Assembly (NCBI GenBank): GCA_965223265.1
Contig: OZ244999.1
Coordinates: 2,080,001 to 2,144,000 of the forward strand
Direction: 5' to 3'
Origin: Planctomycetota bacterium
GTDB taxonomy: Bacteria > Planctomycetota > UBA8108 > SXIK01
DNA: 64,000 bases
In this document: piece after piece, positions 8,439-17,497 of the stretch
How positions within the stretch are numbered: the first letter of the stretch is position 1
Layout of the letters: each line of letters opens with the position of its first letter
Program-made: the position numbers and the translations under genes
The notes under the pieces: generated by a model
Databases searched by the model: none
Seen by the model: only the letters and a program-made list of their open reading frames with translations
Told to the model about the DNA's origin: nothing

Positions 8439-10349
8439 TTAGTCAGCGCTCCGCGCACTCGCCGTTGTGCTCGACCGCTGATTTTGGATCGCCTCGACGA
8501 CCTGGTCGATCGTGTAGAAGTCGCTCTTGAAGACCTCATCGCCGCTCGGCGAGTAGATCACCAGGAGCGGGATGGTCAGACGCCCCGTTTCCTTGAGCTT
8601 CGCCTTGGCGGCGGGGTAGTTTCCCGTCAGATCGACCTTGATGGGGACGACGTCGGGTGCGGCGAGGAGACTCGCGACCCGCTGACTGTGCAGCACCGTC
8701 TCTTCGAGTGCCTTACAGTTGAGACACCACTCCGCGGTGAAGTCGACGACGACCACTTTCTTCTCTCCCTGCGCTGCTGCGAAGCGCTCCGGCGTGAAGT
8801 AGACCCACTCGATGGGGCCCGACTCGGTGAGCCGCACTGCGCCGCCGATCGACACGAGCATGATCACCACTCCGAGAGCGCCGTAGAGCATGCGCTTGAT
8901 CTTTCCCGGCGTGATCTGAAACGTGCGCCACGACAGCCAGAAGCCGGCGCAAAAGCTCAGCGCCATGACCATCCACCAGTAGGCCCGGCTGGGTGGATCC
9001 GGGGGCGTGTTGAGGAGCGCACTGAGGCCGACGCCGAGAAAGTAGGCTGCCGCCGCGAGCATGAGGAGGCCCATCACCTGCTTGATCAGCTCGCTGGCAG
9101 GTCCGCTACGCGGCATCTTCTTCACCAAGTCGGGAAACGCCGACAGAATCAAATAGGGCAGCGCCATGCCGACGCCGATCGCCGCAAACGTCGTCAGCGT
9201 CGTTGCCGCTTGCTGCGTTGCCGCCCAGGCCGCTGCTGCGCCCATGAATGGTGCTGTGCACGGCGTCGACAGCACCGCCGTCATGATGCCAAAGCCGAAC
9301 GAGCCGAGAATGGTGTCGTGCTTCGGCGTGATCTGGTAGACGAACGCCGGCAGGCGCAGCGAGAACACCCCGCACATGCCCACGGCCATGATCGCGATCA
9401 CGGCACCGACGGAGATCGTGAACAGAGGGTATTGGAAGAGCTGGTTGGTGGCAGAAAAGTCGGCCACCTTGGCGACGAGAAGCCCGAGGCCAAGCCAGAA
9501 CGCCACCACCCCGAGTGACATGGTCAGCCCGAGCGCGAAGCAGCGGGCGCGGTTGCCCGCCGCCTGGGAGAGCCCGATGATTTTGATCGGAATCACGGGG
9601 AGGACGCACGGCGTGAAGTTGAGCAGAAACCCGCCGAGTGCTGCGACCACCAACAGCAACAGGAAACCGAGTGAAGAGGCAGCGTCGATCTCGAACTTCC
9701 AGCCGAAGAGGTCGAAGCGCACGGTTTCTTTTGGTAGCTCGGCGGCTCTGTAGTCTTTGAACAGCTCTTCGTTGATTCGCGACACTACAGCGTCTGCAGC
9801 GACGATCTCGAGGGTGGCGGTGTGGCGCTCTGGCTTCGGAATGAGGCAATTGGTGTCGTCACACGCTTGAGACTCGATGTCGAGCGTGATGACCTGCTGG
9901 CCAGGCTTCGCGTCGTCGCCGACTCGCACCGGGAGATAACAGATCGTTCGCCCCGAGAACGAGTAAAGGTCGCCGTCCGCGTAATTCACTTTCACCGGGT
10001 GCGGCTTGGGAAAGCGTACCCGCTCGAGCGTCAACGCATCGCCGGCGTCAGCGACGTTGATCGACGTCGGGTAGGGCTCGAAGTCGCCTACTGGGACGAC
10101 CTGATGCTCGTCAGGGTTGATGTGATAGCCGGCCGCAATGTCAGCGACGATGGCGAGAACCACGGCGTCGCCCGGTCGTGCCTTGTCCTGGTTCCACTGG
10201 ACGCTCCACTGGACCGGATTTTCGGTCGGCTCCGTAGCCGCGGGCGTCTTCTTCTTACCGAGGATCAGCTGAGCCTCGAGCGGGTCGGCCGTCAGGCCGA
10301 AAAGGAACAGTCCGAGCACGAAGGGCAGAAAGCGATGGATGTTTTTCAT
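8439..10349 (-). CDS. dsbD: Thiol:disulfide interchange protein, DsbD family
   Basis: Signal peptide from ATG 10349; alpha-domain QACDDTNCLIP; TM domain LNFTPCVLPVIP and STPCTAPF; C-terminal thioredoxin DFTAEWCLNCK. Confidence 0.9.
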   Translation of the reverse strand: MKNIHRFLPFVLGLFLFGLTADPLEAQLILGKKKTPAATEPTENPVQWSVQWNQDKARPGDAVVLAIVADIAAGYHINPDEHQVVPVGDFEPYPTSINVADAGDALTLERVRFPKPHPVKVNYADGDLYSFSGRTICYLPVRVGDDAKPGQQVITLDIESQACDDTNCLIPKPERHTATLEIVAADAVVSRINEELFKDYRAAELPKETVRFDLFGWKFEIDAASSLGFLLLLVVAALGGFLLNFTPCVLPVIPIKIIGLSQAAGNRARCFALGLTMSLGVVAFWLGLGLLVAKVADFSATNQLFQYPLFTISVGAVIAIMAVGMCGVFSLRLPAFVYQITPKHDTILGSFGFGIMTAVLSTPCTAPFMGAAAAWAATQQAATTLTTFAAIGVGMALPYLILSAFPDLVKKMPRSGPASELIKQVMGLLMLAAAAYFLGVGLSALLNTPPDPPSRAYWWMVMALSFCAGFWLSWRTFQITPGKIKRMLYGALGVVIMLVSIGGAVRLTESGPIEWVYFTPERFAAAQGEKKVVVVDFTAEWCLNCKALEETVLHSQRVASLLAAPDVVPIKVDLTGNYPAAKAKLKETGRLTIPLLVIYSPSGDEVFKSDFYTIDQVVEAIQNQRSSTTASARSAD

Positions 10350-10650
10350 GGCTGCAGATGAACGTTCGATCCAGGAGAGATAGTTCCCACCGACGGCGGC
10401 CAGTGTACCCGAACACCCGAGCAACGACAGCTGTCTCGTACCGCTTCACAGGATGTATAGTGGCCTCGGAAGGCCTTGGATTCGGAACGATCATCGCCGC
10501 TTCGAGGCGAAATCGCGTGAGCGACGGCCCGGAGGTGCCCATGCGCCCGGCTGGCACTGGGTGAACATTTGTTGTACACTTCCTCCTTCGGCCGCAGCCG
10601 AATAACGAACCTGTGAGGGCGGTGGAATCGCCCTCGAGTCGGAGGAAGAC

Positions 10651-10968
10651 ATGTCTCTCGAATTCAATGATGCCAACTTTCAGTCCGAGGTCCTCGATGC
10701 CGAGCAGCCGGTCGTGGTCGATTTCAGTGCTGCATGGTGCGGCCCGTGTCGGCAACTTGCGCCGATCATCGATGAGCTCGCTGATGAGTACTCTGGCAAG
10801 GTCAAGGTGGGCAAAGTGGATATCGACGATGCCCAGGAGACTGCCGGCAAGTACGGCATCATGAGTGTCCCGACCGTGCTCATCTTCAAGAGCGGCCAGC
10901 CGGTCGACCAGATCACTGGTCTCTTTCCCAAGAGTCAGTACAAGCAGAAGATCGACGCGCTTCTGTGA
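10651..10968 (+). CDS. trxA: Thioredoxin
   Basis: VVVDFSAAWCGPCR, YGIMSVPT; 105 aa; GGAGG RBS. Confidence 0.97.
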   Translation: MSLEFNDANFQSEVLDAEQPVVVDFSAAWCGPCRQLAPIIDELADEYSGKVKVGKVDIDDAQETAGKYGIMSVPTVLIFKSGQPVDQITGLFPKSQYKQKIDALL

Positions 10969-11000
10969 GTGCCGGCGCCACGCGCAGCGCGGGGAGTGAC

Positions 11001-11435
11001 ATGGCAGGTCGCGAGCCTGAAGGGAATCGAGCGCAGGACACCGGTCGACCCGGCGTCCCGGCTGCGTCGAGCCTTCTCGAAACCCACTTTCTCGAGCCGC
11101 AGAATACGGGCGTGCTCGAGGGAGCCGACTGGAAGGTTCGCATTGAGAATCCTGTCTGCGGCGATTTGCTCGATCTTTATGTCCGGCGCGACTCGGAGCA
11201 GCGCATCGAGGCGTGTACGTTTCAGGTTTACGGCTGCCCGGCCGCGATTGCCGTCGGGTCATTTCTCTCTTCTTCACTTCAGGGCCGGAGCCTCGACGAC
11301 CTTGCGCAGTTCGATCAGGAGACGATCTCCACCGCCTTCGGGGGAATACCAGCGGCGCAGGTTCACGCCGCTCACCTTGGCGCGGACGCCGTTCGTGAAC
11401 TCGAACGCCTGTGGCGCCGGGGCGAAACCGAATGA
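11001..11435 (+). CDS. IscU/SufU (NifU_N) family Fe-S scaffold-like protein
   Basis: HFLEPQNTG, NPVCGD, GCPAAIA.GS. Third Cys missing (QVHAA where KxHC is expected). ATG 11001 with GGGGAG RBS; alternative GTG at 10965. Confidence 0.8.
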   Translation: MAGREPEGNRAQDTGRPGVPAASSLLETHFLEPQNTGVLEGADWKVRIENPVCGDLLDLYVRRDSEQRIEACTFQVYGCPAAIAVGSFLSSSLQGRSLDDLAQFDQETISTAFGGIPAAQVHAAHLGADAVRELERLWRRGETE

Positions 11436-12769
11436 CCGTCACGACGTGTGAACATGCCTCGCCGGACCAACCGTCAGCAAAGAAGTCGATGCCAGCGAAG
11501 AACATGATGCAGCCGATGGACGCGCTTCGTGAGCGTGGCCTCTTCCACCAGTCGACGGATGACGAGAGCGACGAGAAGCCTCTCGCCAAGCTCTTCAGTT
11601 CGAAGCGGGTGACGCTCTACTCTGGTTTCGACCCGACGGCGCCGAGCCTGACGATCGGGAATCTTGTGCCGACGATGATGATGGCGCATCTGCAGCGCGC
11701 CGGACACCGTCCGATCGCGCTGGTCGGCGGCGGCACCGGCCTTGTCGGCGATCCCAGCGGCAAGACCGAGATGCGACAGCTGCTGGCGACGGACGACGTC
11801 GAGCGCAATCTCGAGGCTCAGAAGGAGCAACTGGGGCGCTACTTGGATCTCAGCGGTGATCCTGAGGCTGACGACCAGTGTGGCTTTGTCGTCAACAACG
11901 CTGACTGGCTCGTCGAGCTGAACTATATCGAGTTCCTGCGGGAGATCGGCCGTCACTTCAGCGTCAATCGCATGCTCGCCGCCGAGAGTGTGAAGCAGCG
12001 AATAGAAAGTGCATCCGGGCTGTCGTTTCTGGAGTTCAACTATAGTCTCCTGCAGGCGTACGACTTCCTCGTTCTCAGCCGCCGATATGGCTGTGAGCTG
12101 CAGGTCGGAGGGGGCGACCAGTGGGGCAATATCGTTGCCGGAATCGATCTCATACGTCGTGCGGACGGGCGACGAGCTCACGCCCTCACCGCCCCTCTGC
12201 TGACGACTGCCAGCGGCCAAAAGATGGGAAAAACCGAAAAAGGCTCGGTTTGGCTCGATGCGACGCGCACATCCCCGTACGATTTCTACCAGTACTGGAT
12301 CAATTGCGACGACCGTGATGTGATCCGATTGCTGAGGACGTTTACGTTTTTGCCGTTCGAAGAGATCGCCGCGTTTGAAGAACTGGAAGGCGCCGATCTG
12401 CGGCAGGCGAAAGAAGTGTTGGCCTACGAAACCACAAGTCTAGCGCACGGCGAGGAGGAGGCGAAGAAAGCGCGCGCCGGGGCGCGCTCGCTATTCGGCG
12501 GTGGTGTGGCTGAAACCAAGGGGGCGCCATCCTTTGACGTCGAGTCCGCTCGTATCGATGCGGGCATCGGTGTGCTGGAGCTGGCAGCAGAAGCCGCGCT
12601 GTGTGAATCGAGAAACGCGGCACGTCGGCTGGCCCGTCAGGGTGGCCTTTACGTCAACGGCAACGCCGTAGCGGAGGACTACACTGTGACTGCGGCGGAC
12701 CTTGAGGATGGCGCTGTGCTACTCAGGGCCGGAAAGAAACGGTACCTACGTATCACGCTGTCTCAGTAA
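11432..12769 (+). CDS. tyrS: Tyrosine--tRNA ligase
   Basis: YSGFDPTAPSLTIGN, GDPSGK, EFNYSLLQAYD, QVGGGDQWGNI, KMGKT; C-terminal S4-like domain ending LLRAGKK. ATGA overlap with the upstream gene; start may be later (~11504). Confidence 0.96.
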   Translation: MTVTTCEHASPDQPSAKKSMPAKNMMQPMDALRERGLFHQSTDDESDEKPLAKLFSSKRVTLYSGFDPTAPSLTIGNLVPTMMMAHLQRAGHRPIALVGGGTGLVGDPSGKTEMRQLLATDDVERNLEAQKEQLGRYLDLSGDPEADDQCGFVVNNADWLVELNYIEFLREIGRHFSVNRMLAAESVKQRIESASGLSFLEFNYSLLQAYDFLVLSRRYGCELQVGGGDQWGNIVAGIDLIRRADGRRAHALTAPLLTTASGQKMGKTEKGSVWLDATRTSPYDFYQYWINCDDRDVIRLLRTFTFLPFEEIAAFEELEGADLRQAKEVLAYETTSLAHGEEEAKKARAGARSLFGGGVAETKGAPSFDVESARIDAGIGVLELAAEAALCESRNAARRLARQGGLYVNGNAVAEDYTVTAADLEDGAVLLRAGKKRYLRITLSQ

Positions 12770-12913
12770 ACGCGCGAATCAATCATCGAGACGAGAGGCT
12801 CGAGTCGTTCGAGCCACCTGTCACACCGTCTCCCTCCGAGGATGTCAGCTGCGGCGCGACGACTCTCGCGAGAGAAGCGGGATTCATCATCGGGTCATCG
12901 AGGAGCACGGAGA

Positions 12914-13252
12914 ATGGAATACGAAGATAAGGTCATCGTTTGTGAGGACTGCCAGACGGAGTTCACACATTCGGGAGAGGATCAAGCACGCTACGCGAGC
13001 CGAGGCTTCACTTCGGATCCGAAGCGTTGCCGCGAGTGTCGTCAAAAGCGCAAAGAGAGGTCACAGCAAAGTCGCGGCGGGGGCGGTCCTCGGCGTGGCG
13101 GTGGTGGTGGCGGGGAGTTCGCAAGTCGGCGCCACCGCGAGGAGTTCGAGACGGTGTGCGCCGCCTGCGGCGTGACGACGACGGTGCCGTTCAAGCCGCG
13201 TGGGGACCGCCCGGTGTACTGCCGCGACTGTTTTCGATCGCAGAAGCAGTGA
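12914..13252 (+). CDS. Zinc-ribbon protein (zf-trcl plus CxxC-x17-CxxC domain)
   Basis: YEDKVIVCEDC..EF...EDQ..Y...GF...PKRCREC; Gly-rich linker; CAACG...VPFKP...RPVYCRDCF. Confidence 0.9.
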   Translation: MEYEDKVIVCEDCQTEFTHSGEDQARYASRGFTSDPKRCRECRQKRKERSQQSRGGGGPRRGGGGGGEFASRRHREEFETVCAACGVTTTVPFKPRGDRPVYCRDCFRSQKQ

Positions 13253-13260
13253 GGCGGTGG

Positions 13261-13314
13261 GAGGCGGAGACGGAGACAGAGGCGGAGACGGAGACAGAGA
13301 CAGAGGCGGAGACA
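13261..13314. repeat. Tandem hexamer repeat (GAGRCR)x9
   Basis: gaggcg gagacg gagaca gaggcg gagacg gagaca gagaca gaggcg gagaca, starting just after the zinc-ribbon stop. Confidence 0.9.
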
Positions 13315-13448
13315 GACCCTACAGTTGCATAGATTTCTCGCCGGAAGATCTCGGAAGCTCTTGTTCTACGGCTCGATCCGCGGTTGTGGGACGTCGCGGC
13401 AGACTTCACGTTTGGTGAGGTTTCCCGGAGTGCCTGCTCTACCGCCAA

Positions 13449-13700
13449 CGCTCACCCACACACCCTCACACCCGCACTCTCTCACGCCCACCCGCTCACG
13501 CCCCGCACTCGCCCTCCCACTCGCTCACGGTCTTGAAGTGTTTCTCTTTTGCAACATTGGGGACAAAGGCGGAAGGCTCGCACGCCCGCGCAAACGCAGA
13601 TTACCACGCTTACGCAAACGTACACTCCCACACACGCCCACTCGCACTCCGACTCCCACGCAAACTCCCCTCGCGCTCTCCCCGGCCCACGCTCGCTCCT
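13449..13700. repeat. Degenerate C/A-rich short-period low-complexity tracts
   Basis: Tracts such as ctcacccacacaccctcacacccgcactctctcacgccc and cacactcccacacacgcccactcgcactccgactcccacg, strongly depleted in G on the + strand. Confidence 0.6.
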
Positions 13701-13740
13701 CGCCCTTGGACCCGGCCGCCGATGCGACCGCGGCACGACG

Positions 13741-13773
13741 AAAAAAAGCCCGGTTCCCTTGCGAGAACCGGGC
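13741..13773 (-). terminator. Rho-independent terminator of the six-repeat dockerin gene
   Basis: GCCCGGTTC/GAACCGGGC stem; the A7 run on the + strand gives a U7 tail on the - strand; about 50 nt after the stop at 13826. Confidence 0.88.
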
Positions 13774-13825
13774 AGGCAGGACGTTAACCACGCCTCGTGA
13801 AAGCGTCGGCGTGAGTCAACTGAGG

Positions 13826-16800
13826 CTACGCGTCACACCAGTCGTACTCGGCGCAGTCGAGAGGATCTTCCGTCGGATCCTCGCCGCAGCGCGACACAGG
13901 TGGCGGTGGCGGCGGAGCTCCCCTGACGAACAGGGCGTTGAGGCCGTAGAGTCCGTCTGAGATATCCATCCCACCGTCGTCGTTGACGTCACAAGCGTCG
14001 TCGCACGTTGGCGTGTCGGAGCCTTCCACGAAGAGGTAGTTGAGGCTGAAGAGGGAGTCAGAGATATCCATGGTGCCGTCGTTGTTGCAGTCACCACGGC
14101 GGAATCCCTCTTCCTCTCTGCGGCAACGCCAGCAGATCTCGTCGATGCAGATCTCCGCACCTTCGATCGTGACGCGGCGGATCTCCGGTCCGCTCAGGAT
14201 CACCGTTTGCGGGCCACCAGCAGCTGGCGCGACCTGGGTGTCGACCAGTGCACCGCCAGCGTCGAACGCACGCCACGTGCTCGGCGGGGCGCCTTGCGAG
14301 AAGGTGATCGCCACCTCGACGGGGTAGGCTCGGTCGCAGAGCTGCTCAAAGCCGATCACGGCTGGAATTGGCGCGGTCGCCTCGCTCCAAGGCACTTCGA
14401 TCTCGAGGTCGCCGTCGTCGTCGCAATCCCGGATATTGAGTGGGACAATCCCGACAAAACCCGGCAGGACGGCTGCGTGGATCGAGACGCCGTCGAGATC
14501 GATACTCGGCAGGTTCGGCGTCGGCCGACTGAAGCTGGTGCTGGCGTCGCGGCACGTCTCCGGAGGCTCCCGGGGCGGCTCGCAATCCCAGCAGATGCGG
14601 TCGATGCAGATCTCAGCACCGCGTACGAGCACTCGAGCGATCGGTTCCGCCGCGGCGAGCACCACGGTTTGCGGCAATCCTGGATTCAGCGTCACCTCGG
14701 CGTCAACGACACCGCCGCCGACACCAATCGCGGTCCACAGGACCTGCTGGCTACCCTGACGGAAGGAGATCTCGACGCGATAAGGACCGTCCCCGTCACA
14801 GACGCGGGATAGGTGGATCATCGCCGGCTTCTCCCAGTCTGGGCTGCTCTCGAGGATGAAGACTTCGAGCTGGCCGTCGTTGTCGCAGTCCACGACGCGG
14901 ACTGGAACGACCGCACCACTTTCGTCGACACCAGCGGAGACCGCTGCGCCGCCAAACTCGATGGTCTCGTCCTCGAACGCTTCGTCGTAGAACTGACCAG
15001 GTTCGAGGCAGTCCTCAGGTGGTTCGCGTGGATCACAGTCCCAGCAGATTTCGTCGATGCAGATCTCAGCACCTGTGACTTCGACGTAGAGGATCGGCTT
15101 GACACCGCCGAGCACCACGGTCTGGCTGTCAGGGACCTGTACTGTGGTCTCGGAATCCACCACGCTGCCGTCGGCGGCGTAGGCGACCCACTTGACCTCG
15201 TTGACGAACTGACGGAACTTGATCGAGACGCGAGAGGGTTCGCCCGGTTCGCAGACGCCGCGGAACCAGAGGCGGGCCAGTTGCTGCGCCGTCTCCTCGC
15301 TCCAGGGAATCTCCAGCTCGAGCTCGCCGTCGTCGTCGCAGTCGTGGATGTTGAGACCAGCGACGTCGCCATTGGGTAGCACCGCAGCGCGAGCACGGAA
15401 CTGGTCCATGACGACCAAGTTGAGGTCGAACGCAGGACCACCGAAGAACGTGCCTGGCTTGACGCACGGCTCGTCTTCGCGGACTGGCTCGCAGTCCCAG
15501 CAGATCTTATCGATGCAGATCTCAGCGCCGACGACTTCGACCCACATGATGGTTTGCGCACTCTCGAGAACGACGGTTTGCGCATTCATCATCTGGAAGG
15601 TCGTCTTGACGTCGACGAGCGCACCACCCGGCGAGTAGGCACGCCACTCGACTTCTGGAACGCCTTGCGAGAAGGTGATCTCGACGCGGGTCGGTTCGCC
15701 TGGATCGCAGGCGCCGCGGAAGAAGATCTTGGCCAGTTCTTTGCCGCTTTCCTCGCTCCAGGGGATCTCGAGCTCGAGCTCGCGATCGTTGTCACAGTCG
15801 CGGATGTTGAGGCCGGCGACTTCGCCGGTCGGGAGCGTGGCTGGCGTCGCCCGCACCGGACCGAGATCGACGGGATTGAGCCCGAGCGCTTCGCGGTCGA
15901 AGAACTCGTCGGCGCTCACGCAGCGATCGGCGGGGGCGCGACAGCGCCAGCAAATTCGGTCGATGCAGATTTCGGCGCCGACGACTTCAACGTAGAAGAT
16001 GCCGTCGTCGCTGGCGAGCGTCACCGACTGTTGCATGCCGAGGTTCGGCGTGACCTCGACGTCGACCATGTCACCCGCTGGTGAGTAGGCGACCCACTTC
16101 ACTTCCTCAACGCCGTGCCTGAAATCGATCGTCACAGCCTTTGGGGCGCTGCCTTCGCAGACCGGCTGGAAGAAGATCTTGGCGAACGTTAGCGCCGTCT
16201 CCTCGGACCATGGAATTGAGAGCTCGAGCTCACCGTCGTCATCGCAATCGACCACGTCGAGGCCGACGATGTCGCCGTTGGGAAACCGCGCTGAATTGAC
16301 CGACACCGGCCCGAGGGGGATGGTCGCCTGGCCGAAGAGCGGGCGGTCGTAGTGGTCTTCCGCCTGCACGCAATTCGTCGGCGGAGTCGTCGTCGGACAC
16401 GTCCAGCAGATGAGATCGACGCAGATTTCGGCTCCGACCACTTCAATCCAGCGGATTCCACCGACATACTCCAGTTGAATCGTCTGGTTGGTCGCCGAAG
16501 CGGGTGACACGACGGTGTCGACCCAGACGCCTGCCATGTCGAACGCTCTCCACGTCGCGGTCTCAGAGCCCTGGCTAAAGGTGAAGCTGACGCGATTCGG
16601 CCCCGTCCCCGGGCACGCGTCCCAAACGAGGAAGCGGGCCGGCGGCGCCGCATCCTCGGAGCTCAGACGAATGAATAAATCGAGCTTCTCGTCTCGGTTG
16701 CAGTCCATGATCGCCAGCGGCATGGCGGCACCATTCGGACTGACCGCTTGTTGGACCTTGATGGGGCCCAAGACGACTTCGTCGTGCGTGCCTTCGTCGG

Positions 16801-16942
16801 CGTAGAACTCGTCGGCGCTGACGCAGCCGCGCGCCGGGTCGCCGTTGCCCACGTCGACTCCGGCGTGCACCGAGTGGAAGAGACTGAAACAGACGGCCAA
16901 CGCGGCCACGATGGGGGTGAAAAGATAGGGGCTCGATCTCAT
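13826..16942 (-). CDS. Secreted protein with six tandem ~151-aa Cys-rich repeats and a C-terminal dockerin
   Basis: ATG 16942 with GAGGTG RBS; signal peptide ending SVHA. Six units, each ending GAEIC(I/V)DxICWxC and containing DC(D/N)xDxxLE/LD. Dockerin FRRGDCNNDGTMDISD...CDVNDDGGMDISD. Confidence 0.88.
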   Translation of the reverse strand: MRSSPYLFTPIVAALAVCFSLFHSVHAGVDVGNGDPARGCVSADEFYADEGTHDEVVLGPIKVQQAVSPNGAAMPLAIMDCNRDEKLDLFIRLSSEDAAPPARFLVWDACPGTGPNRVSFTFSQGSETATWRAFDMAGVWVDTVVSPASATNQTIQLEYVGGIRWIEVVGAEICVDLICWTCPTTTPPTNCVQAEDHYDRPLFGQATIPLGPVSVNSARFPNGDIVGLDVVDCDDDGELELSIPWSEETALTFAKIFFQPVCEGSAPKAVTIDFRHGVEEVKWVAYSPAGDMVDVEVTPNLGMQQSVTLASDDGIFYVEVVGAEICIDRICWRCRAPADRCVSADEFFDREALGLNPVDLGPVRATPATLPTGEVAGLNIRDCDNDRELELEIPWSEESGKELAKIFFRGACDPGEPTRVEITFSQGVPEVEWRAYSPGGALVDVKTTFQMMNAQTVVLESAQTIMWVEVVGAEICIDKICWDCEPVREDEPCVKPGTFFGGPAFDLNLVVMDQFRARAAVLPNGDVAGLNIHDCDDDGELELEIPWSEETAQQLARLWFRGVCEPGEPSRVSIKFRQFVNEVKWVAYAADGSVVDSETTVQVPDSQTVVLGGVKPILYVEVTGAEICIDEICWDCDPREPPEDCLEPGQFYDEAFEDETIEFGGAAVSAGVDESGAVVPVRVVDCDNDGQLEVFILESSPDWEKPAMIHLSRVCDGDGPYRVEISFRQGSQQVLWTAIGVGGGVVDAEVTLNPGLPQTVVLAAAEPIARVLVRGAEICIDRICWDCEPPREPPETCRDASTSFSRPTPNLPSIDLDGVSIHAAVLPGFVGIVPLNIRDCDDDGDLEIEVPWSEATAPIPAVIGFEQLCDRAYPVEVAITFSQGAPPSTWRAFDAGGALVDTQVAPAAGGPQTVILSGPEIRRVTIEGAEICIDEICWRCRREEEGFRRGDCNNDGTMDISDSLFSLNYLFVEGSDTPTCDDACDVNDDGGMDISDGLYGLNALFVRGAPPPPPPVSRCGEDPTEDPLDCAEYDWCDA

Positions 16943-17497
16943 AACACACCTCACTTTCGAGAAAAGAGATCCCGATACAGGCCCAAGGTCTGCAGGAACC
17001 GTGGGGAGGTGTGGGGGGAGGGCTCAGAAAAAACGGAAAGTTCGTTCGCCTTGGATATAAGTTGTTTTTTGAAAGCATCTTAGGTGGCTGGCCTCGCCGG
17101 CGTCGGGCGGTAAAACTGACGACGCCACGCCGCTGGGAGCCGCCACTGCCGTGGTGCGTTTCGTTCGGTGTCACTCTCCTGAAGAGCCGCGGTGCTCCGG
17201 AGCCAGAAAAGTGACCGGACGGCCCACCGTGTCATGCTACCGCAGGTATCAAATGGCCAAACTCGAGCTCGCAGCGCGTCGACGCCGCCATTTGGCCACT
17301 CGACGCCCAGCTCGACCGTGTCAACACGCGAAGAGAATACGCGACTGGGCGTCGCAGCTGGGAGAGGGCCTGATCAAACGTTGCCTGCAGTGCCCAAAGG
17401 CAGCAGACGAGTGAGAAATCGATCCGCGACCGCAGTATACTCGTGAGTCCGCGCGGCGCGCGTCGCCGGACTCGACTCACACCTGGATGCAGACTTG

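Noticed and set aside
11630-11670. TyrRS HIGH motif reading TIGN as a sign of inactivity
   Set aside because: TIGN is a functional HIGH variant in class Ic enzymes (e.g. Bacillus TrpRS), and all other TyrRS motifs are intact.
13325-13960. 211-aa ORF and other ORFs across the low-complexity spacer
   Set aside because: Products of hexamer-like repeats (THTP/LALP runs); the ORF crosses a terminator and overlaps the convergent gene.
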